DNA of 64,000 nucleotides from Erythrobacter sp. (GTDB taxonomy: Bacteria; Pseudomonadota; Alphaproteobacteria; Sphingomonadales; Sphingomonadaceae), in the NCBI GenBank assembly GCA_024642335.1, contig JAHEBH010000002.1, positions 6,647 to 70,646 of the forward strand, in the 5' to 3' direction. Under the pieces are notes generated by a model, which saw only the letters and a list, made by a program, of their open reading frames with translations, searched no databases and was not told the DNA's origin. Positions 1-8,799 of this stretch are shown in pieces. How positions within the stretch are numbered: position 1 is the first letter of the stretch; the number at the start of each line of letters is the position of its first letter. Made by a program: the position numbers and the translations under genes.

Positions 1-1976
1 ATGGTGAGAATATTCTCCTCCACCATCTGCTGGAACAGGCGCATGGCGGCTGCCCGCTCGGTCACGCCCAGTACCACCGGTCGGTCTGCCAGTTCGGCAA
101 TGATGTGGTCCTGGTCAGCCGGGTCGATCCGCAACAGCGCGCTTCCGACCGGCGCGCCATCGCGAACAAGCGAATCCAGCACAGCCTCGTCGGCATAGGC
201 GCGCGTACCCACCAGTTCGTCGATCGTGGCAGAAACCTTCATTTCGCGGGTGATCCGTCTGCCGGCGAGCATTTCCACCTGCACGCTCTGCCCCACCGAT
301 ACGCCCAATTGCTCGGCCAGCTGGCGGCTGAGCATCAACCCTGCAGGCGGCAGGCCGACTTCACCTCCGCCGGCGTCCACTCGTGCCATCAGCTTGGCAT
401 CACCGCTGGCGGATTCGATGGCCGTGCGTTCGCTCTTTGGGCCAAAGGACAGACGCACAGGCGAGGCGCGCGTTGCCTCCACCGCAATCACGCCATCGAT
501 TGATGCCAGCTCGTAGAGCACATCCTCATTGCGCGGCTCGATGAAGGTGACGGTCAAATCCTGGCGTTGGGCGCGGAAGAAGAAATCGTCGAGCATCGTT
601 CTGGATGCATCGACGAACTGCAGCGTGGAGAACAGCAGGCCAAGTGACAGCCCCACCCCCACCACGGTGATCGACGATCGTCCCGGCCAGCGCGCGATAT
701 GGCGGGCGATCATGTGACCGACTGCTGTAAAGCCCGCCTTCGCGCCGAGGCGTTCGAGCACGCCCACACGGTAAACTGGCGGCGGCGGCGGAGCCATCGC
801 CACGGCGGGCGACAGCTGCACCGCCGCGCGCACGCCCCCGATGGCGCCGAGCGAGGAGGAGGCAATCGACAGCGCCGCCCCGCCAAGGAAGACTTCACCC
901 GAGACGCGGTAGTTGAGGAAGGGAAAGCGGTAATACTCGCCGTAAAGGTCAGTCATGGCGCTGCCCAGCCACCAACCCAATATGGACCCCAAGCCAACTC
1001 CCAACATGGTGATGGCGATGGCAAACTTGAGATAATGCCAGCCGACGGCGGCGCTCGAGTACCCAAACGCCTTGAGCAGGCCGATTTCCGCCCGTTCCGT
1101 CCTGATCATGCGGCCAAGAACCACATAGACCAGGAAGGTGGACACGATCAGGAAGACAGGCGGGATCACCTTGGTCATCGCATCGAGCTGCATCAGCTCG
1201 TTGTCGAGGAACGAATTGGATGCATGGTCTTCGCGCCCATAGGCACCCGTCCCGCCATAGGGTTCCACCAGCGTGTCGAGGCGGCGGATCACTTCCTGCT
1301 CATTGGCCCCGCGTTCCAGCAGGAGCGACAGCGACGTGATCGCCTCGGTGCGATTAGTGGCGGCTTCCAGCGCTTTCTCGCCCATCCAGAAAATGCCGAA
1401 ACGGCTTTCATCGGGCATCAGTTCCCCGGGCGCGATCGCCCAGATGAAATCGGGTGCAAGCCCGATGCCCACGATCTTCAACCGGTCCTGGCTGCCGTAG
1501 ACAGTGGCATCGATCTCGTCGCCAAGGTCGAGGCCATTGGAAGCGGCAAAATTTTCGTCGACCACCACTTCCCCGGCCTGGTCTATCCCCGGACCGCGCC
1601 CGCGCACGATGACGATCTGGTTCAGCCGGGTTGCCCCGCCATCACCCACCGAATTGATGATCGCGCGGATGGAGTCATTGCGGCCCGGCAGGTCCAGCGT
1701 GGCGTATTGCTGGATGCGCCCTTCGGCCTCCGCCACCCCTTCCAGAGCCTCCACACGCTCGATGATGGAGCGCGGCGCGCGGGTCATGCTCGCGAAGACT
1801 TCGGCAAAGCGATAACGGTCGTAATAGGCATCGCGCGTCTCGACCAAAGACCGGTGTACGCCCATCGAAAGCACAAATGTCGCCATTGCCGCGGCAATCA
1901 CCACGGCAATGGCAAGTGCCTGTCCGCGCATGCGCCACAGATCGCGCAATAGTTTGATATCGAGCGATTTCACCAT
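1..1976 (-). CDS. ABC transporter permease (FtsX/MacB-like), 3' end runs off the window
   Basis: Not in the ORF track. ATG at 1976 overlaps the ATPase stop and reads [27 protein letters not shown]...; the frame is still open where checked (near 530-640 and at position 1, [17 protein letters not shown]). Confidence 0.85.
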   Translation of the reverse strand, partial: MVKSLDIKLLRDLWRMRGQALAIAVVIAAAMATFVLSMGVHRSLVETRDAYYDRYRFAEVFASMTRAPRSIIERVEALEGVAEAEGRIQQYATLDLPGRNDSIRAIINSVGDGGATRLNQIVIVRGRGPGIDQAGEVVVDENFAASNGLDLGDEIDATVYGSQDRLKIVGIGLAPDFIWAIAPGELMPDESRFGIFWMGEKALEAATNRTEAITSLSLLLERGANEQEVIRRLDTLVEPYGGTGAYGREDHASNSFLDNELMQLDAMTKVIPPVFLIVSTFLVYVVLGRMIRTERAEIGLLKAFGYSSAAVGWHYLKFAIAITMLGVGLGSILGWWLGSAMTDLYGEYYRFPFLNYRVSGEVFLGGAALSIASSSLGAIGGVRAAVQLSPAVAMAPPPPPVYRVGVLERLGAKAGFTAVGHMIARHIARWPGRSSITVVGVGLSLGLLFSTLQFVDASRTMLDDFFFRAQRQDLTVTFIEPRNEDVLYELASIDGVIAVEATRASPVRLSFGPKSERTAIESASGDAKLMARVDAGGGEVGLPPAGLMLSRQLAEQLGVSVGQSVQVEMLAGRRITREMKVSATIDELVGTRAYADEAVLDSLVRDGAPVGSALLRIDPADQDHIIAELADRPVVLGVTERAAAMRLFQQMVEENILT

Positions 1977-2698
1977 CGGATCTCCGATGGGGAGATGCGC
2001 TGTTCATTTTCCTCTATGGAAGCAATTCGTCCGTCGAGGAAGTTGAACACGCGGTCGGCCATGGCGGCGATGCCGGCATTATGCGTGATCAGGATCAGCG
2101 TGGTGCCCAGTTCCGCATTCGCGCGCTCCAACGTCTCCAGCACACGCACGCCCGTGGCGCTGTCCAGCGCGCCCGTCGGCTCATCGCACAAGAGCACGCC
2201 GGGGCGCTTGGCAATCGCCCGTGCGACCGCCACGCGCTGTTGCTCTCCGCCTGAAAGCTGCGCCGGGAAATGGTCCATCCGCTCGGCCAGGCCGACCATG
2301 GCCAGCGCCTCTTCGGCATCCATCGGGTTCGGGGAAATGTCGGTGACAAGCCTTACATTCTCACGCGCCGTCAGGCTGGGGATGAGATTGTAGAACTGGA
2401 AGATGAAGCCGATGTTGGCGCGCCGGAAGCGCGTCAGTTCGGCGTCGTCCAGCTCGTTCAGCTGGGTATCGCCGTACCACAGGTCTCCGCTGGTAGCCCG
2501 GTCCAGGCCACCGATGATGTTGAGCAGCGTCGATTTGCCGCTGCCCGAAGGCCCGAGCAGGACCACCACCTCTCCGGCGCGGATTTCCAGATCGACCCCG
2601 CGCAGGGCATGAACCTGCGTCTCTCCGGTTTCATAGACCTTGCACAGCTCCCGCGCCGAGAATGCTTTCCGAAGTGCTTGAGAATCCACCGCGCTCAT
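1970..2698 (-). CDS. ABC transporter ATP-binding protein (LolD/MacB-like)
   Basis: Walker [17 protein letters not shown] signature, Walker B LLCDE; start chosen at MSAVDSQ. Confidence 0.92.
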   Translation of the reverse strand: MSAVDSQALRKAFSARELCKVYETGETQVHALRGVDLEIRAGEVVVLLGPSGSGKSTLLNIIGGLDRATSGDLWYGDTQLNELDDAELTRFRRANIGFIFQFYNLIPSLTARENVRLVTDISPNPMDAEEALAMVGLAERMDHFPAQLSGGEQQRVAVARAIAKRPGVLLCDEPTGALDSATGVRVLETLERANAELGTTLILITHNAGIAAMADRVFNFLDGRIASIEENEQRISPSEIRW

Positions 2699-2741
2699 AC
2701 CTGCAGCATAGCGTTTTGGCGCGTGAAAGCGATGATCAGGA

Positions 2742-3464
2742 TCAATCCTTCCGCGCGAATTGGCCCAGTTTCGCAACCGCGGGTCTTCCCGCCATGCGAT
2801 CGAGCCAGGCCATGGTGTGCGGTGTCGTATCCGTGTTGCACAGCTCAGGCAGCAAGCGAGGCAGGCCGGGCATCATGGAGTACCACTTGATATCAGCCAG
2901 CGTGTAGTTGTCGCCTATCAACCATTCACGGCCGCCCGAAAGATGCTGTTCCAGCCTGGCCGCAACATTGGCCAGCTTGTGCGTCGCATCGGCCAGCGCC
3001 TCTTCGCTGTAGCCCGTATTGGACACGGTCTCCCACTTCCGGCGGACCTCTTCATTGGGCATGTTGGCGAGGCGCTGGGCCATTTCTTGCTTGTCGATCT
3101 TGCTGGCGAAGGGGGTTGCCCTGTGCGCCCCGATCACAGTCAGCGCGGGACAGAAGTACTCGTCCACATATTTGGTCCACACCCGCATCTCGGCCCGTTC
3201 CCGCGGGTCGGCAGGGCGCAGAGGAACCTCGGGAAAGACATCGTCGAGGTATTCGTTGATCACGGTGGATTCGCGCACCAACCGCTCGTCATGCAGCAGG
3301 ACAGGAACCATCCCTTCCGGGCTGTATTGACGGAATGCCGGTTCGTGGTGCTCCCATTTGCGCGCGTCGAGGATGCGGTTCTCGAACTCCAGCCCCTTTT
3401 CGAGCAGGCAGAGCAGCGGCGTGAGCGAGTTGGCGACCGGGCCGAAGTGATAGAGTGCGAGCAT
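2742..3464 (-). CDS. Glutathione S-transferase, LigF-like beta-etherase family
   Basis: [31 protein letters not shown] and [21 protein letters not shown] match recalled LigF motifs. Confidence 0.75.
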   Translation of the reverse strand: MLALYHFGPVANSLTPLLCLLEKGLEFENRILDARKWEHHEPAFRQYSPEGMVPVLLHDERLVRESTVINEYLDDVFPEVPLRPADPRERAEMRVWTKYVDEYFCPALTVIGAHRATPFASKIDKQEMAQRLANMPNEEVRRKWETVSNTGYSEEALADATHKLANVAARLEQHLSGGREWLIGDNYTLADIKWYSMMPGLPRLLPELCNTDTTPHTMAWLDRMAGRPAVAKLGQFARKD

Positions 3465-3468
3465 GCAG

Positions 3469-4839
3469 TCAGCTTCGTCCAAGTTGCCCACTCGCGGCAT
3501 CCTCCGCGTTCAACCGTTCCACTTCCTCGCGATAGGGCTTCCAGCCCATCCATGTGACCAGCAATGCCGGTGGCAGGAAGACGATATGCAGCAACATGAT
3601 CGACCAGCGCAAATCGTCGGGCGAGGTGAAGATGAAGTCCGTCGTCGCGCCGGTGATGACCGGCGAGATACCCTGTCCGATCACCGTGAAGATAAACAGG
3701 TAAAGCGCCATCACCTGCCCCCGGATCTGGTTGGGCGTCACGATCAGCATCACAGCATTGAGCAAGGGGCCACTCATCCCGAGCGTTAGAAAACTCACCG
3801 CATTGCAGGCCAGCGCCAGTTCGGGCGTCGGCATCAGCGGCATGGCGATGGCAAAGGGGATATTGACCGCGCGGGTGTAGAGAATCACGCGGAAGGGTGC
3901 GTCCACCAGACCGCGTTTCTGCATTCTTTCCACCCATTGCGACCCGAACCAGAGACCGGCAAGCATGGCTATGATCGAGACAATGCCGGCCGTTACGCCA
4001 TAGGTCGCAGGCGACCAGGCATAGGTACGTTCAAAGAAGGCCGCGCCCCATGCCCTGCCCCCGCCATCCAGCGCACCAAGCGTAAGGCCGATGAGCAGAG
4101 GTCCGAACACCGCGAAATGCAGGCCCATATATTTGAGCGCACCAACCACCGGCACCCTGGATACGTCCGCCTGGAAACTGCGCCGCGGCGGCTCTTTCAA
4201 TGTCAGCAGCAAAAGGGCGACGAGCAGGCCGGGCAGGCCGACACCGATCATCACTGCCTGCCAGGGCCTTAGCTCCCCCGCGAGCGGAAGGATCGGCGTA
4301 CCGATCTTCGCGATGATATAGATCATCGCCCCGCCCAGCAGCAGCGCCAGTCCGTTGCCAGCCACCGAGCCGATCTGCAATCCGTAGACCGCCTTGGGCA
4401 GCTTGTTGCGTGGGAAGCAGTCGGAGACGATCGAATAAGCGGTGGGTCCGTTCACCGATTCACCGGCACCCACCACCATGCGCGCCAGGAACAACTGGGT
4501 GAAATTACCGGCCAACCCGCATGCGGCCGTGGCGAGGCTCCACACGGTAATGCCAATGGCAAGTATCCGCGTGCGCACCCAGCGATCGACAACGGGAGAC
4601 AACGGGATGCCAACCACGACATAGACAAACGCGAATGCCGGGCCGAGCAAGAGGCTGGCCTGCGTATCGGTAAGCTCGAAATCGCGGATGATGTCCTGAA
4701 TCAGCAGGCCCAAAATGCCCTGGTCGAGCATGGCGAAAGTGGTGCACAGCGCCAGCACGCCCACGGTGAACCAGGCCTGCTTCGGCGGCGGATATGCGGC
4801 TTCAGCAGTCTCCTTCTGCGGGGCTTCGACCTCGGCCAT
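3469..4839 (-). CDS. MFS transporter (spinster-like)
   Basis: 456 aa, about 12 hydrophobic segments, ARMVVGAGES MFS motif; ends 4 nt before the GST start. Confidence 0.85.
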   Translation of the reverse strand: MAEVEAPQKETAEAAYPPPKQAWFTVGVLALCTTFAMLDQGILGLLIQDIIRDFELTDTQASLLLGPAFAFVYVVVGIPLSPVVDRWVRTRILAIGITVWSLATAACGLAGNFTQLFLARMVVGAGESVNGPTAYSIVSDCFPRNKLPKAVYGLQIGSVAGNGLALLLGGAMIYIIAKIGTPILPLAGELRPWQAVMIGVGLPGLLVALLLLTLKEPPRRSFQADVSRVPVVGALKYMGLHFAVFGPLLIGLTLGALDGGGRAWGAAFFERTYAWSPATYGVTAGIVSIIAMLAGLWFGSQWVERMQKRGLVDAPFRVILYTRAVNIPFAIAMPLMPTPELALACNAVSFLTLGMSGPLLNAVMLIVTPNQIRGQVMALYLFIFTVIGQGISPVITGATTDFIFTSPDDLRWSIMLLHIVFLPPALLVTWMGWKPYREEVERLNAEDAASGQLGRS

Positions 4840-4982
4840 GCTAGCGATTCACATCCCCTCTTCCCTTTTCCAAGCGCCGAGCTTTACACATTTTACACTG
4901 TCTAAAGGAGAAAATTTCCTCCTCGGGTTGGGCTGCAAATGACAACAGGCACGCGGCAGGATTGTGAGTGATCGAAAGCATG

Positions 4983-5014
4983 TCCTGAGCCTGTCGAAGT
5001 GGATCGGCTCAGGA
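4983..5014. repeat. REP-like palindrome
   Basis: TCCTGAGCC-(TGTCGAAGTGGATC)-GGCTCAGGA, 9-bp inverted repeat containing CTGAGCCTGTCGAAG, downstream of tRNA-Ser. Confidence 0.55.
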
Positions 5015-5044
5015 ACCTAGTTGGCTCTTTGGGATGTAGGAAAG

Positions 5045-5134
5045 TGGCGGAGAGACAGGGATTCGAACCCTGGGTACTCGTGAGAGCACAACGGTTTTCG
5101 AGACCGCCCCGTTCGACCACTCCGGCACCTCTCC
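5045..5134 (-). tRNA. tRNA-Ser (anticodon CGA)
   Basis: GGAGAGGTGCCGGAGTGG...GCGGT-CTCGAAA-ACCGT, long variable arm, GGTTCGAATCC, encoded CCA; 90 nt. Confidence 0.97.
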
Positions 5135-5304
5135 GCACAAGGGGCGCGTGGACGGGAAAGACCCGTCCGGCCGATCAAGAAGCGCGGCGGTTAGCCGATG
5201 CTCTTGTGCTTGCCAAGTCCCCTTGCTGCACCTTTTTGCGACATGTGGTGGATTGTTGTGCCGGGGGGCTTGCTTCGCAACTGCAAAAACATACATTGGC
5301 ACGT

Positions 5305-5685
5305 ATGGAACCGTCGGAATTCTTCCTTCCGCAAGCCGGACGCATGATCCAGGCCCCCCTCAACAGCAAGGCGCGTTTCGGCATTGGAGATGTGTTGAAA
5401 CATCGCCTCTACGATTTTCGCGGCGTGGTCTTCGATATCGATCCGGTCTTCGCCAATAGCGAGGAATGGTACGATTCCATTCCGCTCGACCTGCGGCCCA
5501 AGCGCGAGCAGCCGTTCTACCACCTTCTCGCCGAAAACGATGAATCGACCTATGTCGCCTATGTCAGCCAGCAGAACCTGCTGCTGGATGTGGATGGCGG
5601 GCCGGTGGACCATCCCGGTATTGCACAATTGTTCGAGCGATATTCCGGTGGCCGCTACAACCTCAGGCGCAGCCTGACGCATTGA
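5305..5685 (+). CDS. hspQ: Heat shock protein HspQ (YccV family)
   Basis: ARFGIGDVLKHRLYDFRGVVFDIDP...QPFYHLLAEN...AYVSQQNL. Confidence 0.88.
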   Translation: MEPSEFFLPQAGRMIQAPLNSKARFGIGDVLKHRLYDFRGVVFDIDPVFANSEEWYDSIPLDLRPKREQPFYHLLAENDESTYVAYVSQQNLLLDVDGGPVDHPGIAQLFERYSGGRYNLRRSLTH

Positions 5686-5700
5686 GCGTGGGCTGCCGCG

Positions 5701-6603
5701 TCAGCTCTTGATCTTCCAGCCGCTCTTGAGCACGCGATAGGTCACAAGACCCAGCGCCAGATTGAGGGCACCCACGCCAATCGCTGCGCCAATCACTGCC
5801 TCATTGGTGTTGCCGATATCGCTTTCACCCAGGAAACCGAAGCGGAAGCCTGAAATCATGTAGAAAAACGGGTTCGCGCGGCTCACTGCCTGGAAGAACG
5901 GTGAGAGGTTCGAGATTACATAGAATGTCCCGGAAAGCAGGCTGAGCGGCGCGACTATGAAATTGGTCACAGCCGCATTGTGATCGAATTTCTCCGCCCA
6001 CAGGCTCGCCAAGAGGCCGACGATCGAAAGCATGGCAGCTCCCATCAATCCGAACCAGATGATGGCCCAGGGATGCGCAGCCTGCATTTCCACACCCGGC
6101 CACAGCGCCATGGCAAGGGCCACCGCCCCGCCCACCAAGATCGCGCGGGTCATGGCGCCGGCAACGATGCCGATCATCAGTTCGGCTTCTGACAAGGGCG
6201 GCATCAGTAAGTCGATGATCGTCCCCTGCAACTTGCCCGAAAGCAGGCTGAAGCTGGCATTGGCAAAGGCATTTTGCATCATGCCCATCATGATGAGGCC
6301 GGGCGCGACAAAGGTGGCGAAGGGTACGCCCAGCACTTCACGGCCCGATCGGCCCATGGCCACAGTGAAGATTACGAGGAACAGCAGAGTGGTGATCGCC
6401 GGGGCCCAGACTGTCTGCGTCTGGACCTTGAGAAATCGCCGTATCTCCTTAATATAGAGGCTCCACAGCCCGATCCGGTTGAACCCGGTAATGAGCGGCT
6501 GTCCCTTTGGCGGAAAGCTGCGCTTGCCATTGCTGTTTGTGCCACTGTCGCCGACAGTTGCATTGTCAGGTGGTGAGGTGCTTGCTTGGGCTTGATTGGC
6601 CAT
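5701..6603 (-). CDS. ABC-2 type transporter permease (YadH-like)
   Basis: LYIKEIRRFLKVQTQTVWAP, FVAPGLIMM, NPFFYMISGFR motifs. Confidence 0.88.
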   Translation of the reverse strand: MANQAQASTSPPDNATVGDSGTNSNGKRSFPPKGQPLITGFNRIGLWSLYIKEIRRFLKVQTQTVWAPAITTLLFLVIFTVAMGRSGREVLGVPFATFVAPGLIMMGMMQNAFANASFSLLSGKLQGTIIDLLMPPLSEAELMIGIVAGAMTRAILVGGAVALAMALWPGVEMQAAHPWAIIWFGLMGAAMLSIVGLLASLWAEKFDHNAAVTNFIVAPLSLLSGTFYVISNLSPFFQAVSRANPFFYMISGFRFGFLGESDIGNTNEAVIGAAIGVGALNLALGLVTYRVLKSGWKIKS

Positions 6604-6682
6604 GTGCAGCCGCCTATCGGCCTGTGCAGGTGCTGGCAAGTTCTTGCTGCGGCACAAGCCTGATGAAGAAACGGATTAATAC

Positions 6683-7351
6683 ATGAGCTGGACCGAAGAA
6701 CGCATCGCAACGCTGACCAAGCTGTGGGAAGGTGGCGCAACCGCCAGCCAGATCGCAGATGAACTCGGCGGCGTGTCGCGCAATGCAGTGATCGGCAAGG
6801 CCCACCGGCTCGGCCTCAAGTCGCGCCCCTCTCCCGTCAAGGCGAACGAAAAGAAGGCGGATAAGAAGAAGTCCGCGCCCCCGGCAAAGAAGGCGGAACC
6901 AAGATCTAAGGCCAAGGCGCCTGCGACAAGGGTTGAAGCTGCAACCGCGCCAAAGCCAGCAGGAAAGCCCATTCCGGAAAACAGCCAACCTCTGCCAAAT
7001 CGGCAGGAATCCCTGCCCAGGATCCATTCGGTTGGCCCCGGCGGTTTCGTACGCCAGGGCCCTGGTGATCAGCAGGCACCCATTCCGCCGGCACCGCCGC
7101 GCCGCCTGGTACCCGCCAAGCCAAGCCCCGAAATTGCTGAAAAGACCAGCCTGCTGGATCTGAGCGATCGCGTGTGTCGCTGGCCGATGGGTCATCCGGG
7201 CGAACCCGATTTCCACTTTTGTGGCGAGAAGGTGAACCCTGGCTTCCCGTATTGTGTGCAACATTGCGGAAGGGCCTATCAGGCACAGTTGCCGCGTGGT
7301 GCCCGCCGTCCTCCTCCGCCATTGCCCTTTGGCGGCCCGCGCGTCAGGTAG
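6683..7351 (+). CDS. gcrA: Cell cycle regulator GcrA
   Basis: MSWTEERIATLTKLWEGGATASQIA..LGGVSRNAVIGKAHRLGL and CRWPMGHP..FHFCG..YC..H. Confidence 0.95.
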   Translation: MSWTEERIATLTKLWEGGATASQIADELGGVSRNAVIGKAHRLGLKSRPSPVKANEKKADKKKSAPPAKKAEPRSKAKAPATRVEAATAPKPAGKPIPENSQPLPNRQESLPRIHSVGPGGFVRQGPGDQQAPIPPAPPRRLVPAKPSPEIAEKTSLLDLSDRVCRWPMGHPGEPDFHFCGEKVNPGFPYCVQHCGRAYQAQLPRGARRPPPPLPFGGPRVR

Positions 7352-7416
7352 ATTCAACGCGCGGGCGCGCCTCGGCGCCGAATCCGAAAAATCCGGAACG
7401 CTTGCGAAACACGCAG

Positions 7417-7610
7417 CCTGCACCCTTGAGGAAGGGGGGGAGGAGTGGGCACATGGCCACGCGTTTCGCGAAACTATGGCGCCCCGGCTTGGGGTCCAGG
7501 ACGCCGAGACTGCGGCATTTGATCGACACGACCCGAAGAACTACCGAAAAGTCTCCGCGAGCCTATAGGGGCATCAAACTCGTTAATCATGTAACGTGAT
7601 TACCCGACAA
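7417..7610 (-). repeat. Tandem element copy A (putative promoter plus structured ncRNA)
   Basis: Aligns end to end with 7671-7862; 27-nt identical core at 7486-7512; hairpins pair better on the minus strand. Confidence 0.8.
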
Positions 7611-7670
7611 TGCGTCTGGCATTTTGCGGCGACCATTCTTCCCTTCTGCAAAGCTGATAAGACACGTGGC

Positions 7671-7862
7671 CCTGCACCTCTGAGGAAGGGAGAGGAGATT
7701 GGCACACGGCCACGCGTCTATTGAAACTGAGGCGCCCTGGCTTGGGGTCCAGGACGCCGAGACTGAGGTGCTCATTTGAAGCGACCCGAAGAGCCCCGCA
7801 AGCCTCGGTCAAGCCTATAGAAGCACTCACCTAGTTTCTCATGTAACGTGGTTGCCCGACAA
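7671..7862 (-). repeat. Tandem element copy B (putative promoter plus structured ncRNA)
   Basis: Diverged copy of 7417-7610; identical core at 7739-7765. Confidence 0.8.
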
Positions 7863-7892
7863 GTGAACGAAGTAGCCGCAATGAAATTCCTG

Positions 7893-8681
7893 CTATTGCC
7901 AGCCAACATCCCCAGAGCGCTGCAATTCGCTTGTCTGTTCTACCTTCAGGAATTGATCGCCTGAAATGATCATACCGAGTGTGAACGCCTTTACTGCAGC
8001 TGTGGTTCGATCGGAAACTCCCAACTTGGAGAAGATTCTACGCACGTATACATCGACAGATGAAGGAGAAATTTCCAATATGTCCGCAATAACGGAGTTG
8101 CTCTTCCCCTGTGACATCCACTGTAGAACCTCCATTTCGCGGTTAGATAGCGCTGGAGGCTCTTCTGCCAGAGGAACGATGCGACAATACCGCTGAAAGG
8201 CATTCTGACCTAACGTGTGAATTCTGAACAACATGCTGTCGTCGGGCATGGGCGCGTCTTCATCCAGAATTGCGCCCAGGAAGCTGCTTCGCCCCTCTGG
8301 TCCAAAACAGGCCACACCGATCCCGCGACCCACACCATGTTGTTCTGCCAATTCAAGAAAGTACTTCTGCTGCTTCCCCAGTTCTTCGATCTCAACCTGA
8401 CCGGGCCACACAAAGGCCTCGAGTTTTTGTTTTGCAATTTGGGGAAGCGGATCAAAGCGATGGAGTGTGGCGCGATATTGCTGTTCCCAGCTCGCGGGCA
8501 ATCCGTCGCCGATAATAATACGGGGAGCCGAGGCACCGACAGAGATCGGTCCCCTCTGGTAGGCTTTAGAGATACCGAAGGCATTGAGCGCATACAAAAG
8601 CGCTCGCCGCAATGACGGCACGTCTGTTGTCTCGTTAATCGCCTTCAACAGGCGGCCAAATTCCTCCACGTCAATCTGCAT
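7893..8681 (-). CDS. LuxR-family regulator with autoinducer-binding domain (LuxR solo)
   Basis: W-xxx-Y...DP...W...G signature (SWEQQY, FDP, FVW, GIG) and C-terminal HTH LSNREMEVLQWMSQGKSNSVIA. Confidence 0.85.
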   Translation of the reverse strand: MQIDVEEFGRLLKAINETTDVPSLRRALLYALNAFGISKAYQRGPISVGASAPRIIIGDGLPASWEQQYRATLHRFDPLPQIAKQKLEAFVWPGQVEIEELGKQQKYFLELAEQHGVGRGIGVACFGPEGRSSFLGAILDEDAPMPDDSMLFRIHTLGQNAFQRYCRIVPLAEEPPALSNREMEVLQWMSQGKSNSVIADILEISPSSVDVYVRRIFSKLGVSDRTTAAVKAFTLGMIISGDQFLKVEQTSELQRSGDVGWQ

Positions 8682-8799
8682 GCCCCTCCCCCAAGTCAGG
8701 ACTGCGAAACTGCGCTAAGGCTGCGACCCTTGGCTAATAAGCCACCTCGCACAAAGGAATATTGCCATTATTGCAGATAATTAGCAAGTTGATTGCAAG

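Noticed and set aside
5045-5134. Genomic island integrated at tRNA-Ser, tRNA-Arg or tRNA-Thr
   Set aside because: No integrase and no duplicated tRNA 3' end found in the window
7441-7717. GGCAC motifs in the repeats as sigma54 promoters
   Set aside because: No GC at the -12 position (TGGCAC-N5-CACGC)
7417-7862. Tandem repeats read as a CRISPR array or as small-protein genes
   Set aside because: Only two long diverged units, no spacers, no cas genes. The plus-strand ATG of copy A is ACG in copy B, and the shared SLGVLDPKPGR frame just reflects nucleotide identity, with no conserved start or stop
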